DNA of 61,460 nt, counting the filler, from Sphacelaria rigidula (Eukaryota): NCBI GenBank assembly GCA_964200075.2. It is 4 parts of 4 records of this genome, joined end to end, with 100 filler letters (N's around TTAATTAATTAA, not from the genome) between each part and the next. Parts side by side here need not be neighbours in the genome. Positions count along the whole stretch, not along the records: positions 1 to 15,291 come from CAXNAA020001816.1; 3 more parts are not named here. One strand, written 5' to 3'. Of this stretch, positions 1 through 12,597 are shown in pieces. The notes under the pieces were generated by a model. That model saw only the letters and a program-made list of their open reading frames with translations, made no database searches and had not been told where the DNA came from. Within the stretch, counting starts at the first letter, position 1, and each line of letters begins with the position of its first letter. The position numbers were made by a program, and so were the translations under genes.

Positions 1-1079
1 GAAAATCCGCGTATGTAACCGCAGGGTTATAAGGAAAACCGAAAGTTTCATCCAATCTATTTTCAGGTACAGGGTGCCCATCAGGCAATGTACATCTGAT
101 GTAGCAAGCAGTATGGGTCGCGGTAAAGAGCTTTCTACAGGATGCGGCGACCGGCGGGCCGCCCGCCACTTGTGGCTTTGGATTATATGATTGTACCCAT
201 CAACTTGCCACACAGCCCTTTGTGGTCGGGGTGGGCCGCCATTTCCGTCTTTGTTGCATGCGGCACATTGTCTTCAAAGGGTATCAGCGTCACGGCGCGC
301 ATACATACAGTATGGTGCAGTACGCCTCTCCGACTGCAGCAGCAGCTGCCGTTGCATACTCCCTTGCACGTCCAGGGCAATTCTCAGCTACCAAGTTCAA
401 CTGTCTATATACCGCTTCTTTATCCCCGCCCACCACATACATGTTGACGGTGTTCTGTGAGTCATCGGCAGAGGGATGAACAGAACTCATGACGGTAGCT
501 CCTGTTGTCTTCCCACGGCCCACCTGGGTTTAGTGCCTCGTGAAAATGACCACATTGTGGCATGTTCACTCCTTCCCGTTTTTTTCGCTCCACCCTGTCT
601 AATTGTTATTACTACGTTTTAGTATAGGCTGGCGACTGAAAAAACAGGGAAACTCGGGAACGCTATTCTGAATGCAAGTAATACCATAAACCAAGCTGCG
701 ACCGCCCTGCAGTTGGAAACCTGGGGAAGCTCATCTGGACCAGGGATAGGGCCCCCACACGATATTTGCAGTCGCATCACACTCGACAACAATATCCGCG
801 CTGGTCGTTCGGGTCTGGTCGATAAATTTCGCCTCGCCGTGATTGGGCAGGTCGCTCGAAGACTTATTTTTTACTATTTCACTAACGCAGGGTCACGTGT
901 TACTGGGGCGTCGGTCCCAAAAGGGTTCATGTAGGGGTACGGCCCGTGTAGGGACGCGATGTGGACTTGGGGAAGCTTTGCAGGGTAGACCTCAGTTTAA
1001 GAGTAGGGCTGAGAGACGGTGGTGCGTGATGGGGTACCCTGAGTGAGGAGTATGATCATAACGCGGACGGGAGATTGGA

Positions 1080-1140
1080 GGATGACGGTCCCGGGGTTGA
1101 CGTGCCCGGGATGACGTGCCCGGGTTGACGTGCCCGGGTT
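1080..1140. repeat. 14-bp minisatellite GG(A/T)TGACGTGCCCG, ~4 units
   Basis: Directly visible. Confidence 0.8.
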
Positions 1141-1985
1141 CTTACTAAGCGGGTTGAGTCATACACAGGTGATGAGTCAAAATTATCATCTTGGTATTTT
1201 GAAGTTTTTTCCCAAAGTTTCACTCAAAACTGACATTCTCCGTTGCCCTGTTTTAAGATAGATTCGTTGTTATCAGTCTTACTCCAGAAATCAACGATTA
1301 GTCCACGCCTGAAGATACATACCGCAGTGATGAAACATCAAATCCCCCGTTCGTTGTCAATTTGATAACATTTTTGACGCAGGTGCACGAGGGCGGCGGC
1401 GGTGTGCCTAGCCACCATACTGGACCCACCACCACGGGCGTATTAGGTACGTTTGTAGCACCTCGGTCATTATCCAAAGGGAGAGTTCACATGTATTTGA
1501 TTGATTGATTGGTTGTTGCACTTCAAATGATCCCCCAGAGATACAGCTGTGATGACATGATACACGTTACTGAGATGAAAGCAAAATGAAAACAGTCGCC
1601 GAAGAAAAGTCAAGGACCCAGAAGGTTGTTTAGACACTGGAAGAAGAGGAAATAAACAAGAAATACTACATATACACGTAAACGTAAATCAATCAATATA
1701 CATGCATGCAACAAGGCGGCCGTGAGCGCCGAACGCCAGAACAAGGAACAGAAAGCACGAGTAGGAAACACGGGGCTCTTTTCGACTGCGACTTTAGTTC
1801 ATTTTGCTTGTAGCAAAACAGAGGCGAACTGATTCTCGTTTGCTTTTTTTGCAGCACCGAACGGTGTATCGTGGTGGTGTGTGAACTCATGGCAATGGAT
1901 AGAAAATCTTAAAATCATTGTTGATTATTGATGCGGCGTTTTCATGTCCTCATTGATCCCAGTTGCATGATCTTACGTGGACAAG

Positions 1986-2046
1986 TTGAATCCAACAACT
2001 AAATTCATGGCCATGAACATACTCGAGCACATACGGGTGTTCTCAG
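1986..2046 (+). CDS. Exon of SBF1/SBF2-domain + WD40 gene (LNPTTKFMAMNILEHIRVFS); upstream exons unresolved
   Basis: Donor TCAG|GTATGT; phase 1 joins exon 3759 in frame; acceptor (acaag) is weak. Confidence 0.55.
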
Positions 2047-2714
2047 GTATGTCCGTAATACATTCCCCACCATCCCCCTCTCCCCCTTGACTTTTTGTGC
2101 TAACGTCAGCTGCATTGAAGTGGAGCGCGTTTCAACAGTCCCCACCGCGGTACCCACTTGCTACCAAAATATATATTGCAAAAGCCACCATAAGGCCAAA
2201 CGCCAATTTTTTTATTGATTTGTCGTCGTCACCGACGACTCGATGACATTATCTCGGAGCTTACATGCTTCAATGATATTAGTACTTTCGTGCTTTTAAG
2301 TTCCGCGTCCTGGCTAGTTATAGTTCTCTGCGCTTCTGCCTTGTACCTTATCTGCGAATTAAGCACATCCTGGTAGGGATTACAATTCACCATGTCTGTG
2401 GTCTGCTAGCCAGGGGTCCATCCATGTGTAGCTCTGACTGATGCGGAAAATGTAAAAATTGTGCACCCTCGACAATATGTAGTCGACAGATGCAACTTAA
2501 AAAAATGGAAGGTTAGGACGAATCATCACGACTACGAATCACCAAATCCACGATTTCTTCGGCCTGATTGCCCAAAAGGGAGNNNNNNNNNNGTCTGGGC
2601 TGCGTGTACCTGGATTGCAACGCTGAAAACAAAGCCTAGGGATTGATTCGTACGAGTCGAATCAACTATACTGAGACCAAGTAATTTCGAGACGAATCGT
2701 TATTTTTCCGATCC

Positions 2715-2934
2715 TTCAAAAAATGTACTGCGTAAAGTATAGTCATATTTCAGTTATTGTCGGGACGAACATATAGATCCTGGACAATATGCGGTATTTA
2801 GTTGCAGTGGAAAGAAGTTGTACTGCGTAAAGTACCGGTCTATTGCAACTTATTTCAGGACCGACATATAGATCCCGGACAATATGCGGTCAATAGTTGC
2901 AATCCTATACTTTACACAATACATTTTTTTACTG
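2715..2934. mobile_element. MITE-like element with internal ~96-bp direct repeat
   Basis: TIR AAAAAATGTACTGCGTAAAGTATAG / CTATACTTTACACAATACATTTTTT; short relative at 5621-5701. Confidence 0.6.
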
Positions 2935-3378
2935 CATCTATTAAGCATTCATTGTCCAGAGTATAAAGAATTGAGGTCCTGAGCAAACACAGTTTTTGTT
3001 CTTTCAGCATGGCACAGGAAATTACGGGCAAAAATGCCGACTTCTCGTATTTGTCGCCCGCTGTTCGAGGGAGCGACAGGAGTTGGATGGATATCCAAAA
3101 TTGTTGACAGAAAGTGGTGCTTGGAAATATGGAGAAAAATCACCGCAACATGTTTGTAGTCGGACGGTCGTCGTCGGGTGAAAATGGAAGATCATCTTAC
3201 ACAAAGTTGGTTCTGAACTTGTCTGATTCGTTGTTTATTTTTCTTTGTGTATTTGAGCGTGCCAAAAAGACAACAAGATTGCAGCCGGAAAAATAAAAAA
3301 AGAGGAGACAGAGGGGGGGGGAGGGGGGGGGCTGATATGAAGGGGATCATGCTGCTGTAGTATTTAAGTACATGGTCC

Positions 3379-3510
3379 CAAGGCTGTGTTCTGTAGGATA
3401 TACCTGGAAGTAGAGGATTATTTTTTTGACATGCTGAATCATACGGGAATGTGTATAGGATATTCCTGTACGGTTCGGCAGGGTATGTATGGAGCCCTGT
3501 TCCGAACACT
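3379..3510. mobile_element. Fragment of the same hAT-MITE family
   Basis: Begins with the TIR-like CAAGGCTGTGTTCTGTAGG. Confidence 0.45.
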
Positions 3511-3758
3511 CAGATATGGGTCGGAAGGGTGATTACCAGTAATATACCTCCTTTATATTTATGTCACCCCTATTGCGACTTGTGGAGCACATCACGGCGC
3601 TTCGCCCTGGATGATTGACTGCGAGCCTGGTCCGGCGAAAACCCGGCGTGCTCCATCCCGGCTCTGTAGAGATGGAAGGTTAATGGCCCTATGAGTGTGG
3701 CATGCAAAATCATGAGCACCCCCCCCCCACCCCTCCTCGTCAAAACTTTGGTGTTTAG

Positions 3759-3928
3759 CGGAGTCCGCGATGGGTGTCACTACCGGCAGTGGACTGGATG
3801 GCGTAGATGCTGAAGCGGGATATTTCAGCGAGTTCCTGAGCGCACGCATCGGGCGACATCCCATTTTCACCGACATGAAGTTTTGGCAGCATGTGCTCAA
3901 GGAGGCTGTGGAGGCCAATACACAAAAG
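3759..3928 (+). CDS. Exon, SBF1/SBF2 (PF12335-like) domain core
   Basis: tttag|...AAG|GT; FSEFLSARIGRHPIFTDMKFWQHVLKEAV resembles the SBF2 'fl...i..Hpiw.d..FW' motif. Confidence 0.8.
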
Positions 3929-4553
3929 GTGTGCTTTCGCGGTGATACTAGACCTTGATCCATTTCTTCGTAGTCTGCTTGTTGTGGTGATGGTGGTGAT
4001 ATGTGACTAGCTGGCTGGCTGGCTGGTGGCTGCTGTTTTTTGTTTTGCATCGATTAGGATCCGACTGTTGTTATCACAGGACTCGCAGCAGGGGTATCGT
4101 TTGATCGTGACAGCACGCGAGCACGCACACGTGGTCCAATCGTGTCCAGCCTAGAACCCCCCCCCCCTCCACACACACACATCCTGGGACCCCGGATATT
4201 TGGCTGAAAACGAAATAAAATAGGAATAACTTATTCATAAAGCCCTTATGAATATCTCCGAGCACCTGTACGCAAAATTCCAGGGTCTATATTAAAATAC
4301 GGCGTGAGCAATCGCAGGGGAGTGAATTCAGGTCGTTCGTTCACCCTGAAGGCTCTACTCTAGCCAAGTTTGGGGTGGATAGAGTCCGATTTTTTTCAGA
4401 TACCCAAACGTAGTAAAACACCCTACCAAACACAGCCTCGGATGGTTTCCTTACATTGTTCATGTCTTTTGTGTTTGTGTCCGAGAAACGGTCGACACAA
4501 GCCGCTGTTTTTTTGTCTTGTGTTGTTTTCCCACTCTTGTGTCTGCATGACAG

Positions 4554-4730
4554 CTTGCCCAGGACAAAAATACTTTGGCGTCATCACAAGCTACTGTCGC
4601 TGCTGCCGCTGCTTCTCCGTCCGGAGAAGACGGCGGTGAGAAACCCGGAGAGGGCAGCCTGACACTGTCCCCGCATGGTTCTGACGTGGATTTGCAAAAG
4701 TCGGCCGATTTGGGGCAGGATACCGTCCAG
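4554..4730 (+). CDS. Exon of SBF2/WD40 gene (low-complexity linker)
   Basis: gacag|CTTGCC...GTCCAG|GTACAG; 177 nt, phase 0-0, open. Confidence 0.75.
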
Positions 4731-5996
4731 GTACAGTACGAGTAGCTGCTTTCACTGACTGTGAATCGCGTTGACTAAATTTTAGTGAGAGTTGAATGTA
4801 CCCCGTATCCTTATTTTCTTTCTTGGTTAGTCTAATGTTTTGTTCTTGTGTGTGTGTGTTTTTTTTTGCTCTTTTCTTCTTTGTTTAATTTGTCTGTTGC
4901 AGCATTCTGTCTTTTTCTTCGCTTTTCTTGCAACGAGTATCTCGTTTTGGTCTTCATCTCGGGTACGTCTATCATGTGACGAGAGCTGGATCTCTGCAGG
5001 ATCAGTGTGAGGCGCGACATTCAATCATATCAAATCAATGCATGCGTCATTGGTTATCGCATTGGTTATCGTTCATCTGCGGGGGGTGCAGAGGAAAAAG
5101 AAAGCTCCAACTTGGAACGAGTTGAAGTTTCAGCAAAAACAAGAAAAATGCTATAACTTGCCTGAACATTGATGAAAATGACGACAACCCTCCAGCACAT
5201 ACGGGCACTCGTGTGAACGACATTCTGGTAGAATTTCGGTCAAAAGTATGTCGAATTTGGCGCGGCATCGCACTTGTCGTGTGACACGACCGCGCCCCTT
5301 TATTTCAAGTGATACAAGAGAGTCCAATTATGGAGGTCATGAGTTCAAATCGCGACAAATTCTCCTTTTTTTTCCTTCGCCGTAAAAGTCATACATAATG
5401 CAGAATATTTTTTCCCTTTTTTTTTGTTTATTCAGCGGCGGTGCCATGTGTCACCAGGTTGGTCTACACTTCACAGCGATACACTCAAGTCGCGCTCATT
5501 TGGAAAACTTTGGAAGTTGTGGTGTGGAAGGCGAATGCGAGATTTAGGGCTCGCCCAGATCGTACTGTTAATTGTCTCGTATTTCTCGTTTTTCACACCC
5601 TAGACAACAGTTTGCATTTTAAAAAGTGTACTGCGAACAATATCGACTATTACGTCTTTTGCAATACGCACTAGATTCCATGCTGTACGCAGTACATTTT
5701 TCTGACAATGGAATCTCTTGTCCAGGGTGTGGTTCTGTGCCGATCGACGGACGCCCTCCGCACGTGTGAGGCGTACGTGAAGTGAAGGTTTGCGGCTTGC
5801 AGCTTCTCCGCCCTTGACCAATGCTGAAGCGGTTGGAACTGGATCCATCCTGTAGCGAGCATTCGCGGCTACGAAAATGAGTGCGGACTGTTTGTTCGGT
5901 TGGATAGAGGTTGATTTCACAGCTGAGAGATGAAGCCAAATCAACTGCTGGGCAATGGGTTCGTGATGGGGTTGTTGCTGTCGAGGTGCATGCGAT

Positions 5997-6226
5997 CGCA
6001 AGCTTTTCTCAAGGCAGTGCGTGGGTCCGACCCACTAAAACCTGCCATGAACGTGGCGCAGTGCACGCCCCGCACTACTTTAGAGCTTCGACCGTGGGGC
6101 GAGGGGTAGTGTTACCCCACGCCTTAGGGCCGGAGCTCATGAGAGTAGGGTGGCGCGTGCACTGTGCCAAGTATACTACGGGTTTTAGTGGGTCGGACCC
6201 GCACACTGCCTTGAGCAAACCCTGCG
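5997..6226 (+). ncRNA. Intronic fold-back, candidate pre-miRNA
   Basis: Arms 6008-6044 and 6179-6215 pair almost perfectly; 4-nt terminal loop; mismatches are mostly G:U on the sense strand. Confidence 0.45.
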
Positions 6227-6692
6227 GACGCTCAAGGCGTCTACCCCCACATGACTGTCGCGAGGGAGTCTCAATAGCCGAGCCTCCGGATGTTCGGATC
6301 GGCACACGAAGCCGCTTTCGGGGTAAGTGTTGGGTCAGGTTTACTTCTCCATTCAAGGGGGGAAAAGGGAAGTTACCCCCTTGCAGCATACTTTGCTCTT
6401 GAACAACAAGTCCTCCCTCTCATGTTTCAAGTTGTCAGAGGCTGACGTGCGTTGAAGATCATGGCGATAACGCTGCAGTTCTGTACTGTCCGTTCAAACT
6501 ATGTGCAAATGTGACCGACAGTGTCGGTTTTGATTTTTTTTTCTTGTCTTGTTTTGTCTCTCACCTCCTCTCTGTCTGTTTGTCCGTCTGTCTGTCTGTC
6601 TGTCTACGTCCCTCTGCTTTTTGCTTTCTGCTTCTGTGTCTCGTGTTGCTCTTGCCTGACTTGACTTTTTCTTTTCTCGATCTTGTCGCAAG

Positions 6693-6755
6693 GGTAATGA
6701 CACTTCCGAGGACACCGACAACCCCGTGGTGGATTCGGAGATTGTCTGTCGACAG
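6693..6755 (+). CDS. Exon of SBF2/WD40 gene (GNDTSEDTDNPVVDSEIVCRQ)
   Basis: Pyrimidine tract + caag| ... CAG|GTGAAC; phase 0-0; continues the SBF2 motif EIVCRQ-VTVFLYEM. Confidence 0.75.
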
Positions 6756-7413
6756 GTGAACGAACAAACAAGATTCCAGGGCTGCTGCACATGTTGAGCT
6801 TTTGTTCTCTCTGTCTCCCTCCTTTCCTCCCAAAGTAATCCCCGTAATGTGTACTACAGTAGTCACGCCAAATGAAGAACTGAACCTGAAGACTCAGCTA
6901 GCAATCATCACCTCACCGCATCTTAACCATAGTTGACTGGCAAAATGTAACCTGGACCACACGGATGCGCAAAAAACAGAAAACGTCATTTCATGGTCAT
7001 GGGAACACTGTAAAACGGCAGGTGGTGTCACTGTATAGATACACGGAAACGAATCAAAGCTTGGAATTTACTTGTGGGGAAAACAAGGGGGGGGGATCAT
7101 GTATTTGGTTTTTACTCACTCCACTCCTTCTTGTGGTCGGGGGGGGGGAGAGTTCCGTGGCATTTCGCCNNNNNNNNNNAGTTATTTGTTGGGGAGTGGT
7201 GATATGGTGGTGCTGTAGGTGTTTTTTGTTCTCGGTGGTTTGGGGGGTGCGCGGGGGGGGGGGAGTTCCGTGTAACTCGGCATCTTGCAAGGTTGTCGTT
7301 TGTCTCTGTTGGCCCGTGTCGTTGATGAACGTTTTCTGTTTGATTGGTGCTGTTCCTGTCGTGATCCACAATGTTGTTGTTTTTGCTGCTGTCTATATCT
7401 TGCTATCGTGCAG

Positions 7414-7533
7414 GTGACCGTTTTCCTGTACGAAATGGCGTACATCGGTATGCGGTCGAGGACGGCACAGCGATACGTGGAGGCGGTGTGTCTGCAGTAC
7501 GACCTCCAGCAAGGCACGAGGAATCGCCTGCAG
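7414..7533 (+). CDS. Exon, SBF2 domain C-terminal helices
   Basis: VTVFLYEMAYIGMRSRTAQRYVEAVCLQYDL; gcag| and CAG|GTGATG. Confidence 0.8.
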
Positions 7534-7933
7534 GTGATGGACGGGGTCCGGCGCACTATATCCAAGAGCCCGTTTGTGCTGTTGGAGTTGATTTATAGTA
7601 CTCTGTATCGCTGTGCCACTGATTCCTTGTGTACTAGAGCACCGACACCTTTTGTTCTGTTTTTTGTTATTTTTTTCGTCATGTCTTCTGTGTTGTTTAC
7701 TTGGTGTCTCAGTGCTACATGCGCCACGACTCTAGTTTTTCCGTAGGTGGTACAGGTCTACAATACCAACCGGCCAACAGATAGCCGTGTTGTGAGACGA
7801 GACAGAAGAGGAAGCACGTCGTTTGTTGATGTCGGCGGAGTCATTTTGCGACGTTGCAGGTCGACTGTAGCCCGTGGACCGATTTTTCGATCGTCTTGCC
7901 TGATCGATCCCCCTCGCCTCTCCCGCCCGCCTC

Positions 7934-7935
<2 letters not shown>

Positions 7936-7994
<59 letters not shown>
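7936..7994. repeat. (CA)n microsatellite
   Basis: Directly visible; (GT)n also at ~32047-32085; (TA)n at ~14564-14592 and ~43865-43888. Confidence 0.95.
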
Positions 7995-7995
<1 letters not shown>

Positions 7996-8052
7996 GATCG
8001 CTTTCTGTTGTTTTTTCGTTTCTGCCTTCGTCTCCGTCTTTGCCCGGTGTAG

Positions 8053-8117
8053 GAAACCGTTCGGCTAGTTTGGGGAGCCGCGGCGAATGCACCTGGAGGA
8101 GCATCGCCGCCGTTTGG
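8053..8117 (+). CDS. Exon of SBF2/WD40 gene (ETVRLVWGAAANAPGGASPPF)
   Basis: gtag| ... GG|GTGAGT; phase 0-2. Confidence 0.75.
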
Positions 8118-8675
8118 GTGAGTGACGAGGTGTTCCCGCCGCCGTAGCAGTGCCGTTTTTGACCGCTCACTTTTCGACCATACGTGCTGGAAGGCGGGTC
8201 CGTCTTTTTGTCTTCATAGTAGTACCAGTAGTTTTGCTCAACCGTTCAGATGAAGATGAAATTTCAAGACAATGAAGAAAGTCAATATGAAGAGCAATCG
8301 TGATATCTTGATTTTTACCCGCTGAGGTGAGTTACTGTGCGTATTACTGTGACTTCCCCTCCCCCCCTGAAGAGGGCGCCTGGTGCTCTCTAAAAGGGTT
8401 GAATGCAGAAGGGGGGGGGGCTGCCTCTCTCTTAAAGCGAGAAATGAACGCGTCCTGGGCTAAGTCACCAAAAGCGGTGATTTCCTTGGCCTAATACTCA
8501 GGATGTGTACTTTTGCGAAACGAATTCACCAACTTTTACTGCACTGTAGCCACCGCTGATGACCTGACATTTGGCCCAGCTGTTCATCCCCCATCGTAAC
8601 CTGTGGAGAAATAAAGAAGAAAAAAAACAGTTCCGACCCGCCTGCCCACTCCCTGCCCCCATCTTCTCTTGAAAG

Positions 8676-9104
8676 CGAGCCGCTGGAGCTGACTGCAGAG
8701 CGATGGACGGAGGGAGCCAGCTACAGCAACAACAACGACGACGGCAGCGTAAGGCGCCCCTCCGCAGCCAGCAGCCTGACCGACCTCGGGCCCAACAGCG
8801 GAGGCACCCTCAGCAGCAGCACGCATGCCACTGGCGACAATGCACCGACAACGGCGGGGACGGCGTCCACCAACTCTGGCGGCGGGATAGATAGGCTCGG
8901 CGGCGGCAGCGGCGGTGTCCTCCCACCGCGCTCCCCGCAGGGGTTCTCGGCGACGGGAACATCGGCGGCAGGTTTGCGCGGCATGCCCGCGAAGCTGCCG
9001 TCGCTTCGGCTGGGGGTGTCGGAGTTGGCAAGCCAGCTGGAGGCAGAGAGTAGCCCTACGCCCAGAACGCCGTCCACGCCAAAGTCGGGAGCCGTTGTCG
9101 GCCG
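8676..9104 (+). CDS. Exon of SBF2/WD40 gene (Ser/Gly/Thr-rich disordered region)
   Basis: gaaag| ... CG|GTGCGT; phase 2-2, open, GC-rich. Confidence 0.75.
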
Positions 9105-10518
9105 GTGCGTCTTTTTTTTGGGGTGTGTCACTTTGCGTTGCATTGTGTTGCAAATAGTTGTGATTCTGCTGTTTTGTCTCGTGTGTGCGGCGTTGGGTGT
9201 TCGGGCGAGGCTGGGGCAACTGGTGAAGGATGCGAAGAGCTCTGAAATGAAGCGGGTGAATGTTTGGTGTGGAGTGTGGATGGGCGAGAGGTCGGTGCTG
9301 TATCTTGGGTTTTTACTTACCATCAGGCTGCCATGCGTCGTGTGTGTCCTCTCTTGGTAATGACTGATTGCAGGCAGTGGTTGTTCAAGGGCTGTTTTGT
9401 TGCCCCCCCACCCCCCCTCCCTGCCCCCCACGGGAATCAGATATGTAAAAGGTTTCTGTGTAGTGTAAAAAACGTAATCAGCAGCCAAATGTTGGAGGTT
9501 TCTCTATTGAGAGTAGGAACCGGTGCTCCGTCTCGTAGGGGATGCATGGTCAACAGTCAACCGACTGAGGCAAACAACAAACGAGTGCGCCCCCTCCCCC
9601 CCCCCGCCCTACGCGCACACGCACACGTACTCGCACAAACCATCGCTCCCCCTCACAGAAGACGGTCTTCCTTCAAAATGTCTTGATGCACATCTTCATT
9701 CGAGTCATGAACCACCATACGCAGTGTTTGCGTTCACAGCTCTGCACAGCGAATACTTCCCGTGTCTCAGGAGTCTGGGCACTTTTGGTTTCACGAGCCC
9801 TTAGCGGTGTGCTATTTGATTTTCGATTTTGTTATTGCATTCGTCGGCGTTTTTAAAGCTAAAACCAACATTATTTCTACAACGTGGGTGCTTGACCCAT
9901 GCAGCCGCGCGGCCGAGAAAGGGTAGGTCAGTCCAAAAACGGATGTTTTTCGCGCTCGTCTTCCCAGGAAAGCATGAGAGACCCGGGCACACGAAGAATC
10001 GCGAAAAATGGGGCAGAACATGTAAAAATCGCGAAACCGTCAATGATTTTGAACTTGTCCTTGATGTTAACTTACGCACGCCCCATCCAACATTTCGTTA
10101 GCATATAATTGATAGTATTCGACGGGAGGACGTCCAAAATCGGTCAATGATGGGGTATAAATAGGTAAAAAAAAAGGTCAAAATGGGGTATAGTCCGACA
10201 TAATTGTGGTGATGAAAACAAAAAAACATGGTTTTTCCCATTTGTTTTTTCATCAGCTTCGTCGGGGCTTTACCTCTCTAACGAACCCAACCATGAAATG
10301 ATCGTCAACGTTGAAATACCCAAACGATTAAACGCCCATAAGTGCCCAGACTTACGAGACAGAGGAAGTATAAAACAGCTGCGTTGTGTGTACGTGGGAC
10401 ACGCCAACAAAACAAACGGCGAAGAAACCCCCTGAAAAAAAAACACAACTTACTTCCATCCTTTCCCTCTTCCCCTACCCGCCCTCTCCTCCATCCTTGT
10501 GCCCCTTCCCCTCACCAG

Positions 10519-11218
10519 CTACCATCCATCGACGACCCCGCCACATGGTGGCAGTAAGTTCCATTCAGGAGGCGGGGGCACTATGATTCTTAGCCCCACC
10601 AGCACGAGGCGTACGTCGGCGCGCTCATCATCTTACCAATCCCTCTCTCCACGCAGCCCCTGCCGTTCCGACTCGATGGCTTCCGGCCTGTCGGCTCAAA
10701 CGGCGCCCACGACGCACGCGGGGACCTCATCGCGGAGGCACAAGTCGACGGCATCAAGCGCCAGCGACGCGACTGGAGGCATGGACGGGGGCGGTGACAA
10801 CGAAGGGGGAGAAGCAGGGGGTGGATCGCCTCGTATATCTTCAGGCCGAGCCGCTGACGCCAGCAGTGGTGCTGACGTTTCGACTGCTCCGAGTTCGCAG
10901 GGGCGGTACTTTTTCGGGGCCACGGGGGAACTCGTGCGAGCGCTAACGTCTTCGGCGTCTAGCGCTACGTCGGCCACGTCCGGGGTTTCGCCGCCGCCAG
11001 ACGCCACCGCGTCGGGGCGACCGAACTCCCGGACGCCCCCGTCTGTGTTGCCCGGGGCGCCGTCGAGTTCTGCTAGACTGGGGAATACTCGGAGCGGGGG
11101 TAGGGGTAGGGGTAGGGGTGGGAATGGGGGCGAGGGAGTGGTGAGAACGGGGGAGTTGCCGTCGCTGCTTGCGCCGGTTGATTTGCACGCGCGGGACGGG
11201 GACGCGGTTGGACATCAA
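10519..11218 (+). CDS. Exon of SBF2/WD40 gene (Ser-rich region ending in the GH of the first WD40)
   Basis: Within ORF 10499-11251; accag| and CAA|GTGCGT; phase 2-0. Confidence 0.8.
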
Positions 11219-11843
11219 GTGCGTTTTTTTGTTTTTTTCATCAAGGCGTAGGCAAAAAATAGTGTAGAGAAATTTGTTTTTGTGGTGGAGGGGAGGGAGA
11301 GGAGGGAGTGTGTTATTATTCGTGCTTCCTTGTATTGTTTTTGTCACTTTCGTTGTTTGTACCTTTTTGGGAGGGGGGTTGTCATGAGTGTGCGATGTCG
11401 AGTGGGAAAAGGAAAAATGTACAGTAGGTCGGCAGTGTCACCCTGAATCTAGAGTTGTACCGTTGTTCATGTGAGCGTGCGCACGGTATGCCGGTAGGAT
11501 GTCTCACTGACGGTCATGTCCACCGGATTCAGTTAGTCCGTATAGTGTGGCTGTGCTTGCTTCCTTGTGTTCGGTTGTGCTCATATTTGCTTGCTTGTAC
11601 ATGGACAAAGCGACCCCTGCATAGTATTGACCATCGCGGCTTTTTTTCGCCCTTGTTGGATCACCTGCCTGTACCTATGCCAGTCATGTATGCATCGTCT
11701 CGTGCAGTATTCTACCCGTGTCTTGTTTATCGTCTCCCATGCATCGTGCGTTCCCATTGATTGCTTCGCCTGTTGTAAAACGTGGTATAAACACGGTACG
11801 TGCGACCCGCCCTTCCGAACCGAACCGAACCGAATGAAAACAG

Positions 11844-11906
11844 GGCCCTATACTGTGCCTCGCCGCATCCGGGTCGCGGGCATGTGCTGGCTCAACCGAT
11901 TGCACG
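11844..11906 (+). CDS. WD40 exon (GPILCLAASGSRACAGSTDCT)
   Basis: acag|...ACG|GTAAGT; completes the repeat GHQGPILCLA...GSTDCTVSVYDL. Confidence 0.85.
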
Positions 11907-12462
11907 GTAAGTTCAAAGTAACCACACGCGATGTTTGGTCTAACCGCTGTATAGCCCAAAGTTTTCGAAAATGACGGAATATTTCTTTTTGGGACATGTC
12001 TGCGAATGACCGAGATATATCTTTCTTTGTCCATTTACTTTTTCTTCTTTTTTTCCTCCCCGTGCTTCCACCATGAGGCAGGTACCATGAAGAAAACACG
12101 TGTGCAAGCTACGTAAAAGCGCACGATATGATACCATCGAGACGCTCTTGCTTTCTCTCTTCTCTCTCTTTTTTAATTGGTACTCGAGATGATCACAGCC
12201 CGCCAACTTTTCCGTTTTTGGCGTTATCGACGATCACGACGGCAAGGGTCGTGCTTGTTTTTTTCCGGGGGGGTCATCCCATATGTATTTGCGCTTGCTG
12301 AATTTGCGCTCACCGTGGAAAAACCCGACACACCCGATCGCCCCGCTTGCTTTGCTGTGGTTGCACCTTTGGGTTTTGTCTTCAGCCGTTTGCCCTGCTC
12401 CATGTTTTGTGTATCACCATTAATTGCTGCTGCTGCTATTGTTGTTGTTACTGTCAATATAG

Positions 12463-12597
12463 GTAAGCGTTTACGATTTATCCGTGGTGGCGAAGGTGGG
12501 CGTGTTGAGCGGCCACACGGGACCAGTGTCAGGGGTGGCTTGCGGAGATGATTGGGTCGTGTCCGCCTCGACGGATTCCACTCTCCGACTCTGGCAG
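12463..12597 (+). CDS. WD40 exon
   Basis: LSGHTGPVSGVACGDDWVVSASTDSTLRLWQ; canonical splice sites. Confidence 0.9.

Noticed and set aside
1383-1446. Exon-like segment (cgcag|GTGCAC...TTAG|GTACGT)
   Set aside because: Its only open frame ends in phase 1 and does not join the next exon without a stop; left unresolved
7732-9488. Long antisense and alternative-frame ORFs (poly-HT/VC, 8721-9488 and similar)
   Set aside because: By-products of microsatellites and of GC-rich exons on the opposite strand
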